Assembly (NCBI GenBank): GCA_905178155.1
Contig: CAJINV010000010.1
Span: forward strand, 3,678,587 to 3,742,586
From: Amoebophrya sp. A120
Taxonomy: Eukaryota; Protista; Dinoflagellata
Length of the DNA stretch: 64,000 bases
Direction of reading: 5' to 3'
The notes under the pieces are model-generated. The model saw only the letters and a program-made list of their open reading frames with translations. It ran no database searches and was not told where the DNA came from. A program made the position numbers and the translations under genes. Numbering within the stretch: the first letter of the stretch is position 1; each line of letters opens with the position of its first letter. Positions 36,901 through 50,300 of this stretch are shown here, one piece after another.

Positions 36901-36987
36901 CAGCAGCCGGAAATCGAGTACGAAATGGAGGACGAGGAAAATGTGTCGCAAGTTGTCCGGCAAAAAGCGCTCGTCAGGAGGAGATGA
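33966..36987 (+). CDS. MAK16: MAK16 60S ribosome biogenesis protein
   Basis: Spliced protein FCSFKVK...[27 protein letters not shown]...[26 protein letters not shown]...CKQRLTKL...[18 protein letters not shown] with an acidic tail. Contains 5 introners and GT-AG introns 34118-34364 and 35227-35483. Confidence 0.93.
34143..34347. mobile_element. Truncated family B element inside a GT-AG intron of MAK16
   Basis: Left TIR (GGAAAATCTTCCCTCCCCATATCGAA) and B-type internal sequence are present; the right TIR is absent. Confidence 0.8.
34400..34549. mobile_element. Introner family C
   Basis: Family C TIRs; TSD TTGTT. Confidence 0.9.
34588..34839. mobile_element. Introner family A
   Basis: Family A TIRs; TSD ACACA. 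Confidence 0.9.
34875..35153. mobile_element. Introner family D
   Basis: Family D TIRs; TSD AGAGC. Confidence 0.9.
35777..36114. mobile_element. Introner family D (divergent interior)
   Basis: TIR TATCCTGCGTAAAAACGTC/GACGTTTTTACTCAGGATA; TSD AGCGA. Confidence 0.88.
36222..36528. mobile_element. Introner family E
   Basis: Family E TIRs; TSD GATTT; opposite orientation to 2751-3071. Confidence 0.9.
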
Positions 36988-38031
36988 TGAGAAGGATGCT
37001 CTTTACAAGAACTTTGTGATGAAATTACAACACAATAAATGTGACGAGCAGGACCACGTCGACACTGCGATTATGGTCGAGAGGACCTCCACGCTATCAC
37101 GAGGAACATCAGGAAACGATACCCTTAAGCTGCACTTCCTAGCGCAAGAATTGATGTCGCAAACAACGCATATTGCAAAACGAAAGCATAGGACTTACCG
37201 CTGCTTATCCTTGTTCCTGAGGAACGCGGCACAGCAGATTCATTGTGTTGATCAGTAAATATCGTGAATTTTGTTCAGCCACTGTTTCATGGACGGAAAG
37301 GGAAGCGTTCCTGTCTTCGTGTTGTGTACGAATCTATCATTACGCGAGTGCGCGAGGACGCTCTGAGCGATGTGAGTAAGTAGATGTGTCGTGAACAAAC
37401 AAGGAGAGAGAAATGGACGTCGAGACAGGACGGAGCGGCGTACAAAATTCAACGCCCCTTGTCCCGTCAACGTCCGAAGATCAACAGGACACATGATTGG
37501 AAAATGTGTCATGTTGTCCCGCTATGTACTATTAGATGGCAGGCTGCACGCGGCCGTCAGCGGCGATCGCAGGCGCCGAAAAAAAGACAAACAAGCTGCG
37601 CTGCCTAGCCCAGCGGTGAGAGGAAAAATCGTTTCCGCATCATGTATTGTTGACCTTGCTCGTCCAGCAGCCCGCCGCGCCGCCCATGATGACGAGTGTG
37701 AGGGACGATTCAGCTGCCGTGTCTGTAAGTTTCGGCTCAGAGATGAGACGGCTATACTTAATGTGTCGAGGTGGAACAAGGAGAGAAACAACTATGGTAA
37801 TGGTTTCTGTTGAGAGCAGTAGGTTTCGTCTCGGACTTGATAGTGCTAAGATAGAAGTCATCAACATCTGGGTGGGAAGGAGAACTACATCACGGGCCGC
37901 ATTTTTGTGTGTGTGCGCACTATAATTTTTAAGCCTTTTCAGCAGGAGCAGGAACCCAAAATAAACAAGAAGCTATCGCTTCGGTGACACTTGGCTGCGC
38001 CCTCCGACAGCACCTCGATCCCCTCGCCGCC

Positions 38032-41000
38032 ATGCCGACCGACGACACGAAGGCCCTGCTTGCGGGGAAGTCCAACGAGCATGAGCAGGCTGCGGGCATG
38101 AAACCACGACGGTGCACGGACATCCTCTGTCTACTTGTCTTCTTCGGTTTCCTTGGGGGCTTGATCTACATTTTGCAGTACGCGATTGCGTATGGATTGC
38201 AACTATGTGCTGGTCATCTGGAAGATGAGTGCAAGACTTGTCATGCAGATTTTCCATGACCAATGAGGTCTGGAATGCGGGACCTAGCATGACAGATTCT
38301 GTGAGATGATCTCTATCATCTTCCCTGTCCAGCATGAGAAAATCCTTGCAAGTTGGTCAAAAGTGGGAGACTTATGGTAATCATGCAACACAGATTTTTT
38401 CACAGAGGAGGCTTAGCATGACAATTTACACTCTTCCAGACCCAGACATATTTGCATTTGATATTGCGAACGGGGACGTCAGAAGATTGAGCCACGGGTT
38501 TAACTTCAAGGGGAAGTTGTGCGGGGTAGAGATTCATAGCTTGCTTCATAATTTTTGTCATGCATCAGCTTCACAACTACACATGTCCTTACGCAAGAAA
38601 CTACATGATCTGGGCTGCATGAAAAATCAAATACTTATCAATTATCAAAAACCGCACCGACCACATTCTTTATATTCAGGTCGACCCCGGTTACGAGGAC
38701 CGTCCTTACCTTTATTTCTGCCCCTCCGGCGTCCCCATCCCGGGGACAGATCCGCCTATACCTAGTTCCCTGGATCTCCTCCACCCCATCTGCGTCAACT
38801 CTTGTCCCGTGTCTGGGTCCCAATCCTTCTTGTGCTACGGTGGGGCGACGGTGAAAGAGGGGGATGCGACGAACAACGAAGGGGACTACACGAAAACCAT
38901 CACCTACGACTTTGTCCGCACCGATGCGTATGAGTCGTACGAGTTCATGCATCGGTACTGCATCCTACGCAATACAAACTTATTCTTGTTCCCCGCACAA
39001 CGTGTACAAAATGCATCACAAATCTCGCCGATTTGTCATTCTACCCTGGGATCGAGCCTAAGTTTTGTCATGCAGAGACCGCATTTGTACTATGTGTAGT
39101 ACGGGAATAAATTTCCTGTGGATACATCCCGAAGGCGGACGCACTGGCGAAGCAAGTGATGATATCGCAAGAAAAAAGTGTTACAGTTACACACTGTGTG
39201 TCAGGCATAGCAAGACAGACAAGCTCTGTCATGTTGGATATGCATGGAAGCCTTGTTTCCTACGTGTTTTCCCGTATGATTTCTGCAATGCACGTTTTCT
39301 CTCTCATGCAGAGAAACTTGTGTTGCTAAATTGACGACAAATGTGCAACTGTAATACTTTTTTCGTGTGATAGATGACTAGCATCGGAGACGGCGTGTAA
39401 GCGTTGCAAATATGTCTGGACGTCTAGAAAGTTGGAACTTGTGATGCGGATTATGGAATAGGCAAAAATAAGAATTTGTATTTTTGCATCAACGCCGATA
39501 AAAGCTTCCTACTTCGTGCCATTCACGCAAATAGGATGGAATTTCTCACGCAGGATCATAGGTACCAGCAGGCCTGCGCAAATTAACCTGTAATGCTTTT
39601 GCGTGCATCTGCATTAGTACAGTGACCTTTTGCATATAGTAATCCAAGAGATGCTTGACAAACACGGGCATTCTACTTCCGGACCCAGACGTATTTGCCT
39701 TTGACACTCTGGTTCCGCAAGCGATGATGAAAGTCGGAACCTTGCGGGCGGGGTACCCGGCGTTAGCTCTCTCCACCGCAATCGCTTTTGCCTTGGGGTA
39801 CCTCTACCTCTTCCTGCTCCGGGAGTTCGCGAAAGCACTTGTCTACACCTGTATGCTCGTCTATGGAACTGTCAGGATCGAAATCGTCAAAGTTGAAATA
39901 ATTTGCCATGCATAAAATGGATGCCAGGTGGAACCCAGTTTCCAATTGGCGCATGACGAATGTCGGTGGTCCCTAAATCCAGTTTGTCATGCAGTTTAGG
40001 CAAAGAAGGGCGATTTTCTCAAGCTACTTCAGCAGCTCGAGCTGTAACCCCAAACAGGCTTACAATCGGCCTCACTTGCCTGCTCTGCAACACACGTTCC
40101 TCAGGTCATGCGTTTTATGCATTACAGGTTGTGTAGTGGTTTCGGTCGGTTTAGTATTACAAATTATTTCAACTTTGACGATTTCAAGCCTGACGCTTCC
40201 ATATCGTCTTGATCATGGGATCGGCGGTTTCCGGGGGGTATCTGCTCTCCGTCGCAGACGCGGGTGGCGTGGGGGAGGGGACCGGGGACGGACCAACCTG
40301 CTACGTCGTCGGGGTTTCCCTGTTGGTGATGTCGGTGATATTTTTGGGTTTGTTCGCCGTCAAGAGAAAGGCTTTGGCCACAGGAATTGCCTGCGTCGAG
40401 GGCGCCTGCGAGGCGATATTCAGCATGCCGTCTCTACTACTGCAACCGGCCTTCGAGATTGTGACAAAGATAGTCGTGCTAGGAGGAATGTATAGATACT
40501 ATTCTACTTTTCATGGAGGCTCTTGTGTTGCAATCATAAGTACGCCAAGTAGAATACCACGCAAGCATGAAATCCAAACTTCGAAAACTACAAAACCCAG
40601 GCTGTACGGCTTTATGTGGGTGATGTCGACGGGCGATGTGAAGAGTTCCAGCGCGACATATCACAACGAAAAATGCCCCCACCCCCGAAGTTGGGAGCAT
40701 TTGTATTGCAAACCTTTCTAAGTGAAACATTCACGATTCACCCTCTTGCATCTACCAGCATCACAGGTTCGTTCTCAATCGTGAAAAGCAAAAATTTGTC
40801 TTGCAAAAGACCCCAGCAAGAGTGGCGCTGGTCATGCAAGCGATGCTGTATAAGTACAACTAGTAGACTGTGCATCAGAAAGATTCATAGTCCTTTAATG
40901 CATGACAAAAGATTTTGATTTGGAAACTTCGCATCACAAATTTTGGCAACTTTGGGGGTGGGGGCATTTGTCACTGTAATACGACAATAGGTGGCGTGAG

Positions 41001-44000
41001 AGTACACGGGCTGTCGAGGACATTCGACTATATGCATTTTGCAAATACAACGTTTGTCTGGATGTCGAGGTTTGGGGTGCAGCTTTCGCGTGACCCAGAA
41101 GGTCTGGCATGCACGCCCTAGCATGATCTTCACAGGCTTTCTTGAGAAGAAGGCCTCTTAATGCGCGATCCGCATGGCAAAGCCCTTCTTTCGGTGGCCA
41201 GAATTGCGCAAGTTTTGGCTACTTCTTCCACGCATGACAGATTTTTGTGTGATGTGAAATGCGCGTCACAACTTGTTCCAGTCATCCAGGGGTACTTATT
41301 TGCAGTGGATAGACTACACAGACGAGCAACTCGCGTTTCTCGGCTACTGGCTCTTCGGGATTTTCTGGATCACCGAACTGTTCTATGGGCGTGGACAATT
41401 CCCCCTCCCCCTCGTTTGTATAGCATGAGCGGCAACATAAGCAGTGGCAGCTATGTGGCTTCCGCATGACAAACCTCCTGCGCCACATGGATTGTAGTAC
41501 TGCTTGAGGTCGTTTCAAAATTTCTCATGCAGACACTGCCTAGAGGCAAGAGGTAGACTCGTCGTTTTTTTGCATTACAAATGAGGGGGAAGGGGAGTTG
41601 TGCACTCTGATATGTTCACAGCGCTGGGGCAGTTCGTGGTCAGCTACTGCGTGGTGCTGTGGTACAAACATTTTCTGTTTTTGCTTTGCATAAAGCGCAT
41701 GACAGAATTGCTTTTTTTTATGCGGCAGCAACAGCAGCAGTCGTTGTGCATGACAAGAAAAACACCGCACTCATTGAAATCTATCTTCTCCACCCAGGTA
41801 TTTCTCGGACAAGGACTCGAACGGGAGAAAACGCGGCCCCCCGTTCCCACTCTTCAAGGGCGTGTTTGTCGGTATTTTTTTCCACCTCGGCACACTGGCG
41901 ATGGGGGCGTTCTGCATAGCAATGCTGCGGGTAGTCAGAATAGTGCTACAGTACGTCGCAAAACAGGCGAAGCAAGGTACAGTCTTTTTTTTGAAATGGG
42001 TTGAACATGAAGTAGTTTGATGTTGGTATGCCAGTACTTTATTTCCAGTAGATGAAATATGATAAGATGGTCCCCTAGATGTACATGTAGATGTAGATGA
42101 AAGCGACTTTATTGTGCACCGAGTGGACGTGAAAAAGCGCACGTAAAAGAACGAAAAAGCAAGAGCAGCGCACACGTACATGCACATCTGAAATCAGCCG
42201 ACAATGCCGTTCTGGAGATAATCGCAAAGCTGCTTTTGTGCTGCGTGATGTGCTTCGAGCGGTTTGGTTTACCAAATGTAAAAATGTCTGGTTCTGGAAG
42301 ATTGCCAGGTTTGTCATGCACATTTTGCATGACTCCTGATCTCTGTGATGCATGCCCTAGCATCACAGGTTTTGTGAGGGCTTTCTGATGCCTCTACCGC
42401 ATGACAAATGCTCTTTCCGTGTAGCAAAACTTGGACTCTCTTTGCTGCTCATGCAATACAGATTTTTTTAGAATCCAAAATCAGCATGACAAATTGGATT
42501 CTTCCAGACCCAGACATTTTTACAGTTGATATGTTTCCTTCCTGAACAATACCGCCTACATGGACGTGGCATTGAGAAGTAGCAACTTTTGTGCCGCTGC
42601 GAAGTATCCTGTGCAAAAGTATCGCACTCGTATTGCAATCACGCATGACAAATCTTTTTCTTAAGGTAAATCCGCATTTACAAATTTTATTTCTCATGCT
42701 GAGGAAATTTGTCATGCATTTATGCGAGTGCGATACTTTTGCAGTGCATACGAAGAACGCCTTCACGATGATCACCAGCGAAATCGCAACGATTGCGCTC
42801 CTGAACGGGGCGTGTGCGGTGTTTCAGGTGCCATAGACTACTTTGACTACTTTGTCATGCGGCTTTCCCAATATTAAGCAGAGACGTCGCGTGTAGCTCC
42901 CTTGAAGATCCTGCGCTAGGTAGTACTTACTTCAACGACGGAACAAAGACTGAAACAGAAATTAATACCACCCCCGCCCCGCAGGTCGTCGGCGCGGCTC
43001 TGATATCCGGCTTCGGTGGGTTCCTCACCTTCCTCATGGTTACCGAGCTGGACACGTTCACGTACAACGAGTCGGCGTACTACATTGCCTATGGATTGCA
43101 AAAATGTCTGGGTCTGGAAGAATGCAGGAGTTTGTCATGCAGATTTTGCATGACCCATGAGGTCTGTGATGCATGCCCTAGCATCAGAGATTTTGCGAGG
43201 GCTCTCTGATGCTCATACCGCATGAGAAATGCCCTCTCCGCGTAGCACAAAATACACCTCTTTCGCTGTTCATGCAATACAGATTTTATGTAGAGTCCAG
43301 TGGTAGCATCACAAGTACTAGCATCCTTCCAGACCCAGACATTTTTGCAGTTGATATTGCCGACCCGGTGTTCATCTCCATCGCCGCGGGTGTGATTTGC
43401 TTGGTAATCTATCAAAGTGAAAAATCCCCCCACCCCATACTCAAACTAGAAATTTGTGATGCAGATTTGTGGTCAGAAATCAAATTTGTCATGCTAGAAG
43501 AGAAAAGATGCGGACTGTAGTGCTGGCTGGCGTGGGAAAGCCTTGCATCTTCAGCATGACAGGGGGCAGCTGGAAGTGGGAAACAGCATGACAAATTGCC
43601 TGCAACCGAGGCCACAGGTGCGTCTCCTGGCCTTCTAGCATTAAATACACCATCACAAATTTCGTTTTCGATATGGGGAGGGCAGATTTTCCCTTTTGAT
43701 ATAATCGCGATGGCGTTTATGGTGATATTCGACCAAATATCCTGAGGAAAAACGGCCCTTCACCAGAGTTGTCATGCAAATGCGCAATGACAGGAATCGA
43801 TTTGTAATGCGCAGCTCCATGAGAGGAATTTCCAATCGTGTTTTGAAGTTTGTAATGCTGAAAACAGGATTAGCATGTGAAAATGGCTTTCTCATGCGCC
43901 TTCTCTTGCCAATCAGCACTACGCGGTAGGGGAAAACTTGTGACGCACAGCTCCCAAAACCTGGAGACTTGTTTTGCTAGATTCCCAACTTGACTATGGG

Positions 44001-44127
44001 GTGGCGACGTTTTTGCTTAGGATACCAAACCGCGGACACCATGCTGTACTGCTTCGTTTACGAAAAAAAGAGCGGCTCCTCCAGGTACGCACCCGAATCT
44101 CTCGCCACGCTGATTTCCAGCAGCTGA
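38032..44127 (+). CDS. Choline transporter-like protein (CTL/SLC44 family)
   Basis: RRCTDILCLLVF, GDVRRLSHGFNFKGKLCG, FHLGTLAMGAFCIA, CFERF..FLNNTAY...NFCAAAKNAF and DTMLYCFVYE. Contains 13 introners and GT-AG introns 38526-38679, 40490-40600, 41662-41797, 41977-42197 and 42828-42984. Confidence 0.9.
38191..38463. mobile_element. Introner family A
   Basis: Family A TIRs; TSD TTGCG. Confidence 0.88.
38966..39124. mobile_element. Introner with degenerate TIRs (family J)
   Basis: TSD CATCC; weak TIR (AAACTTATTC/GAATAAATTT); removal restores RYCIPK. Confidence 0.8.
39163..39372. mobile_element. Introner family H
   Basis: TIR TATCGCAAGAAAAAAGTGTTACAGTT/AACTGTAATACTTTTTTCGTGTGATA; TSD GATGA. Confidence 0.9.
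39398..39706. mobile_element. Introner family A, decayed
   Basis: A-like TIRs with mutated ends (TAAG.../...GACA); TSD eroded (GCGTG/CTCTG); frame restored on removal. Confidence 0.78.
39862..40203. mobile_element. Introner family G
   Basis: Long TIR ...GAAATCGTCAAAGTTGAAATAATTTG; TSD TCGTC. Confidence 0.9.
40659..40981. mobile_element. Introner family E
   Basis: Family E TIRs; TSD CGACA. Confidence 0.9.
41031..41311. mobile_element. Introner, A-like and diverged
   Basis: TIR TATGCATTTTGCAAATA/TATTTGCAGTGGATA; TSD GACTA. Confidence 0.85.
41384..41612. mobile_element. Introner family F
   Basis: Family F TIRs; TSD TGTTC. Confidence 0.9.
42270..42531. mobile_element. Introner family A
   Basis: Family A TIRs; TSD TGGTT/TGTTT. 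Confidence 0.9.
42605..42750. mobile_element. Introner family C
   Basis: Family C TIRs; TSD CGAAG. Confidence 0.9.
43090..43356. mobile_element. Introner family A
   Basis: Family A TIRs; TSD TTGCC. Confidence 0.9.
43410..43701. mobile_element. Introner family B
   Basis: Family B TIRs; TSD TAATC. Confidence 0.9.
43738..44024. mobile_element. Introner family D
   Basis: Family D TIRs; TSD CCAAA. Confidence 0.88.
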
Positions 44128-47100
44128 CGGGCAGGTCGGAGTGATCATTTGATGGTGACTGTACACGACTTGACGCTAAAGGGCTCGCGCGTGCGAGTTG
44201 TGCGATGTTGAAAGAGGATCAAAACAGAGATTAAGAAAGATCATTCTGCGCAGTCTGATTCTCTGAAAACAAAAAAATGAACTAAAGCAAATTTCGGGCG
44301 CGAAGCTTTAAAAAATGCCGCGGACCAACAGTTCGAAAGATTCTAGGGCGCGTCGCAGCTGCTAGCGCTACGACCCCCAAGACGGTGGCCTGTCAGTGTT
44401 CCCCTCTCCGGAGGCTACTTTTTGTTTTTCCTCCCCACAGAACAGCCCGCTGCGCTCATGTTGTTGAGCTCCGCGCGTGATAGTGGCAGCCACAGATGAC
44501 ATATGCGGCGCCATTTCTAAACAGCAAGGAGAAAAGGCGAAGCGGGCGCGCGGGCGGCCAGGAGCGTGGTGCGGTGCAATTCGGAGCCAAAGCGCAAGAG
44601 CCACGCCGGCGCGCCTCTTGTAGCTTGTCGCCCGCGTCTGCACCCCGGCAAGCAGGGCGCACGCTCTGGGGCTGCCGGAAAGGGGCGCGCCCCCCCTGCA
44701 GTGTTTCGGCCCACTTTTGCCGAGGGCGGGCCCGTCTGGTTTGTGGGTCAGCGCCCTTGGGCCCGCCCCGTGTTGCCCATTGAAAGGGCGGCGAGGAGAT
44801 TTGTTGCGACCCATTTTCGCCGGGTCGCCTGGTCCGCCCGGCGCCGCGGGGGCCCCGCTCCTAGAGTTCCAGGCCTGTGCCCGGCCGCACCGTGGAACTG
44901 CTTGGGCCCGCGCCCGAGGGCCTTCATAGCGTGCCAGGAACAGCGCCCGGGGTTCCACATGCGGCGGCCTTTGGGGCTGCCGTGGTGCGGCTGGGCCTTT
45001 GGGCCGTTCGCCGGGTGTCTAGGCGGAATGAAGCGCCGCAGGCCACTAGCCCTTCCCGAAGAAAGCTCGCCCAAAAAGAGGCGGGCGCGGGCACGGGCCA
45101 AGGGGGTGCCGGGAGAGGTTGCGAGGGAGGATGGCCGGCGGCACGCCAGCAGGCAGCAAGGCGGGCGAGGGGGCCCCGCGCCTTTTTTCGACCGCCCCCC
45201 CGCCCCGGCTGCACGCAAGCGCGCCCGCCCCCGGCCTCCGCGGCCGTGTTCCTTCCTTGGGCCTTCGGCCGAAGGCCCGCACTGAGTGACTTCTGGCGCA
45301 ATGCCTCGTCCTCCCGCAGTGGCGGCTGGCCGGGTGGTTGCCAGGACGTGAAGGCGCGTGGCCTTTTCAACGGCAGAGGCCGCTGCGTGAGTTCCCGCAC
45401 AGATTGAACGGGCTCACTCGCGCGGGCGAGGTACGGGAGACCGCAAGGCTAATGCTGCAGAAGGGGGGGGCAAAAAATTTGGACCGCGTAAGCATGGACT
45501 TCTACCAGGATTTTTTTCGAGGGAGAGCTGGCGCGGTTGTCCAATATCCCGGACGAATGTCCTCGGCCGGGCAGGATCAGCCAAACGAAAACAATCCCGC
45601 ACGGGCCGCAAGCTTGCCGGGCCCATACAAAGGACGGAAAGCGCGGGCGCTGATTGAAGGCGGTGCAAATGCGACGGAGCGCAGGGCCATCGGCCGCCCG
45701 CGCGCCCGGCGCCCCGGGGCCTTCGGCAATTCCCACCCACCGCCGCCAGGCTTTGCCCCGTTTCAATTCCGCAATTAACGCCGACGCGCCCGCAGCGCCT
45801 TGCCCGTGTTCCCAATACGGGAAGACGGAAGGCCCTCAGCCTCGACAAGGTGAGGGCGCGGTCGCGGCGGCGCTTTGAAGCGCCGCGGCAGAGAGGAAGC
45901 AAAGGCAAACCAAATGCCCGGCCATCGTCGTCGACGCCACCGACGACATTGGCAGAGACAACTGGGGCTACGCGGCCGCTTCGACCGGCCGGGCGGGCGG
46001 GGCAAAGCACGAGACAGAGAGACGCGCGAGTCCCGGCCGGGTCAGGTGGGAGGCGGGCCACTGCGCGGGCATGATAGATTGCGCTTGTGGGATAAAGTTG
46101 GCGCCTGGCCGGCGCACTCACAGCGCCTTGGTGGCGTTGTGAGTGCGCCCCCGCACCAAAGACATCGCCGCCGCCCGTCGCGCGTGAGAGGGTGTGGCGC
46201 TGGGGTGGCTACCGCCTGCCGCCGCTTGCATGCTTGCCATTTTTATCTTCGGCGCGGGCCCGCCCCATTTTACCGGTGCGCCTTAAGCGGCGCCCGTCTG
46301 ATGCCGCCGTTCGTGGGGCGCGGCGCGCGCGTGCTTGGCGCTTGGGGCCGGGCCCGGCGCCTGCTCCTGCCGCCGCGCGCTGGCTAGTCTTTTTGCCTGC
46401 TCAAAGCGCTCCCCTGTAGTCGTGTGATATAGAGCAGCGCGGCTCTAGTAGGTACAGTTGCTCTTGCTCAACAAGGTTGCCCATGTTCTCTGATGAACAG
46501 GCACAGTTTGGGTCTTGTTCGTTTCAAGAGGAAGTTGTCAGAAGCAATGCCGAGTACAAACTGGAAGTATGTACTGAGAGAGCCCTTTGTTATATCAATC
46601 AAGTTCTTTCAGCACATACGATGTGGAACCCAAATTCAGCATAAGAAATAGTGGTGTAGCTAATATTCAGCGAGAGATGTTGAGAGCTTCGGGCGTCTGT
46701 CCTGAGTGTCAAGAACTGCAACCCGGGAAAGCAAGTAAGATCGAGCGTGACACTGAGAGCGAAGTGGTCGATTGGCCATTGCGCGTTTGTCGATATTGCT
46801 TCTTCATCTCCTCTTCTGATTGGCGGCACCGTCTTCATAAACAAACATCGAACAGCCTCCATAGTCCAAAGAAAGATTCTTATATTGCCCCACAGTAGAT
46901 GTAGAAGTTATTACCCATACCCATACCATAGAGATAGACACAGCGACAGTTACCCACCGTGTTGATTTGATGTAAGAAAGTATGATTCGATTGAAGTTGC
47001 CAGAGGACCCAGACTGGTGAATGACTCGGAAATGATATTGAGCATTTCCGGTCGCACACTTTTTTAGAGAGCCGCGAGAGCACACCTAACAAGCTTACCT

Positions 47101-47379
47101 GTCCTTTCGTCGCTACGCATCACTCTGTAACTTTCAAGAAGTTTTATTTCTGTTTGTAATTATATGGTCGACGATGTGAGGCCGACTTCGGATGTTGGTC
47201 GGAAATCCGAAGATGCGACCGTCTCGGTGTTTTCATTTTTCGCACTCGCTCACCTCGCCTCGTTTCGTTCTCTTCTGACGTAAAAATTATGTCATACTTT
47301 TTGGTCGACGTGCTTCTGTTCAAATTCACGTCCACGTGCTCTACTTGAGTATCAACCGCATTACATATCCTTTTCCACA

Positions 47380-50300
47380 ATGACAAACAACAAAGCGATA
47401 GACTTGGACGTTGTCCTAACCGCTCCAAGTCGTAGTCGTGACACTGTAGAAATAAAAGACAAAACTGCTAGTACGCCAGGAGAGGAGCAACTACATAGTT
47501 GTGGCCAACAAGAACTTCTATGTGGAGATGATGATCTTGTCGAAAAGGAGGATCTGACAAAGCAAAAAAATGAAGCCAGTAAGAAACCTTCTTGCGGAAT
47601 AGAACAAGCGAGACGGTCCTCCAGTTCAAAATCGGCGGCACAGCACCAACAGCCACTCGCCAGTGGGCCGCTGAATGTCTTGCAGAGGGAGCTGATCTTC
47701 ACGACCAGCAAAGGCGCCACCTTGTCGGAAGACGAGTCGGACGCGGGAGAAGCGATCGTAGGGAACGAATTTTTCACTTCCGACCCGCATATACAGTTCC
47801 AGTCCGACAAGACGAGAAAGAAAGAGCTACTTGTTTATCCAAGTAAAAAAAGTGGTGAAACGACAAGTAGTGCAGCTCTTCCTCTTTCAAGAACACCAGA
47901 TTCTGTTGCAAGGCAGCAACATCGCACGACTTCTACCCCGTCCTCCTCCGTATCGTCCCGCCTTGGTCCGCGTTTACCGCACCACCAGTTTTCCTCCGTC
48001 TTCTCTGCCGCGCACGGAGGGAGCGTCTTTCCAACGGAGGACGAGAGTGTAGTTTTCAGCGACGATCAACAGAGAAGAGGGCGAGGAGCAGAAGTAGATC
48101 ATACAGCGGCCGATCTCTTGTTCTCTCCCGACACCACCTCCCCGTCAGGTGGTGCATCCTCCAATTGGGTCGACCTTTCTCGAGATGTGAGCAGCAACTA
48201 CACAGCGCAAGGATTGGACGAGCAGGACGAGGTCTCGACTTGCACCAGTACCCAGATCGGACTCGGCCGCACTCGAGAACATCCTGAACGGACAAGAATA
48301 AATCCTGAAGAACTAGATTTATTGCATCAGCGGAACGATTCCCAACGACCTGCTAGCACCACCGGCGCGTCTTCAAGAAAGAATAGAAATTCATCATTCG
48401 TCTCTACTAGTACTTCCAAACCATCTACAAGTAGTGGTCCTCGGAGGACTGCTTCGCCTACCCAACCCGTCCACCCACAACTACCCACCACCTCGCCCCT
48501 ACCACCCAACCCGTTTGATAATAGGAGCAGTGGCGTGGTGTTTGACGCGAATTTTTCTTATACCGACACCAACAACACCTCCACCCCTCCCCGTCCGCCA
48601 GAACAGGAGCATAATTCTAGTAGTGGCTCAGCCTCGACTAGTCTCTACGCCAAGCTCGAGCAACTGGAGCAGTACTGCCGCGACCTGCTCGCCATATCAA
48701 ATGCAAATATGTCTCGGCCTGGAAGGTTGGAGCTTGTGATGCTAACCCTGGACTCTAAAAGAATCTGTATTGCATGACCAGCAAGACGAGTCTACTTTGT
48801 GCTACGCGGGGAGGGCATTCGTCATGCGGCTTAGGCATCAGGAAGCCCTCTTCTAAAAATCTGTGATGCTAGGTCGTGCATTACAGACATCCTGGGTCAT
48901 GCAAAATATGCATAACAAACCCGGCAACATTCCAGACCGCGACACTTTTGCAATTCATACGCCAGCATGACGAACCCTACCGACATGATGAACAACCCTG
49001 CGGCGCAAATATGCTGAGTAAAAACGTCCCCGCGCCATAGTTGTCATGCACTTCTGCATGCCAAAAACGTTTCTCATGCGGACCCCTCAGAGAAGCATTC
49101 TCTGTTCGTGTTTTGGAATCTGTGATGCTAGAATCACGATGCTATGCTAGATCTGTGATGCTTCTGAACTAGTCAAACAGGATGACACTACGAGGACAAA
49201 CTTGTCATGCCAAACAACCAAAGCTGGTTGATTTGTCTAGCAGATTTCCCCTCTTGTTGACTCTGGTGTGGGGACGTTTTTAATCAGGATAGCAAAACAG
49301 TACTTCCGCGCTCGCGCAACCGACGCAGCAGGAGCAGGCGCAGTTTCTCGCGTTAACCGCGAACCACTCTGTGGACTTGATCGTCACGAAAATTCGCTCG
49401 ATCTTGCAGAACTCCGCCACAATACGACAGGCGCTGTACTACCGGTTGTTGCGGATAACGCAGTACCTGGCGTGGAAGTTATGCATTGCAAAAGTATAAT
49501 CGCGCTAGTAGTAATTGCATTACAAATTACCTCAGCATGACAAATGGAATTCGTCATGCTGTTTTACATTGGGATGGAGATCTGTAATGCATAAATGCAA
49601 TCACTACGAGTACGATATTTTTGCACAGGATAGAAGTTCCCGACCTACAACGCGCTCCAGAACCTCCTCCACGAAGTCCTTCAGTCCAAATCCATCATCG
49701 TATGGGAGTGCACAACTCCCCCTTCCCCTCGTTTGTATGGCATGAACAGCAATACAAACACAAACACAGGTGGAGCCAATGCGTGAGAAATTTGTGTGCC
49801 TAATGTAGTACTGTTTGGGCAGTTTCCGGAATTTGCCATGCATAATAGTGACGCAAGGAAGCAACTGGATTTGGGATTTTGCATGAGAAATGAGAACGAG
49901 GGGGAGTTGTGCACTGTCATACATCGGCAAGCAAACCACGACGGTGTACATGCTCGGGAAGAAGTTCCCGTCAACCGATGACAAAACTTTCCGCGCGGAG
50001 TGGTGCCGGAAATTTCTGTTCACTTACAGGAAGAACTTCCGGCCTTTACTGCAGATGCCGAACGACAGCTCCACCGCGAACATCACGTCCGACCAGGGCT
50101 GGGGCTGCTACATCCGCACGTTCCAGATGATGCTGGCACAGTGCTACTCCCAGCTGTTTTTCCCCTCCGCGAGTGATCTGGCCCTGCAGGAGCAGATGGC
50201 GAGCGTGGATCAACATGGCAGCCGGCAGAAACAGAACACGGACCCGGAGGAGAGGGAGTTCGTGAAAGAGCTGTTCGTGGACAACGAAAAAGCGCTGTTT

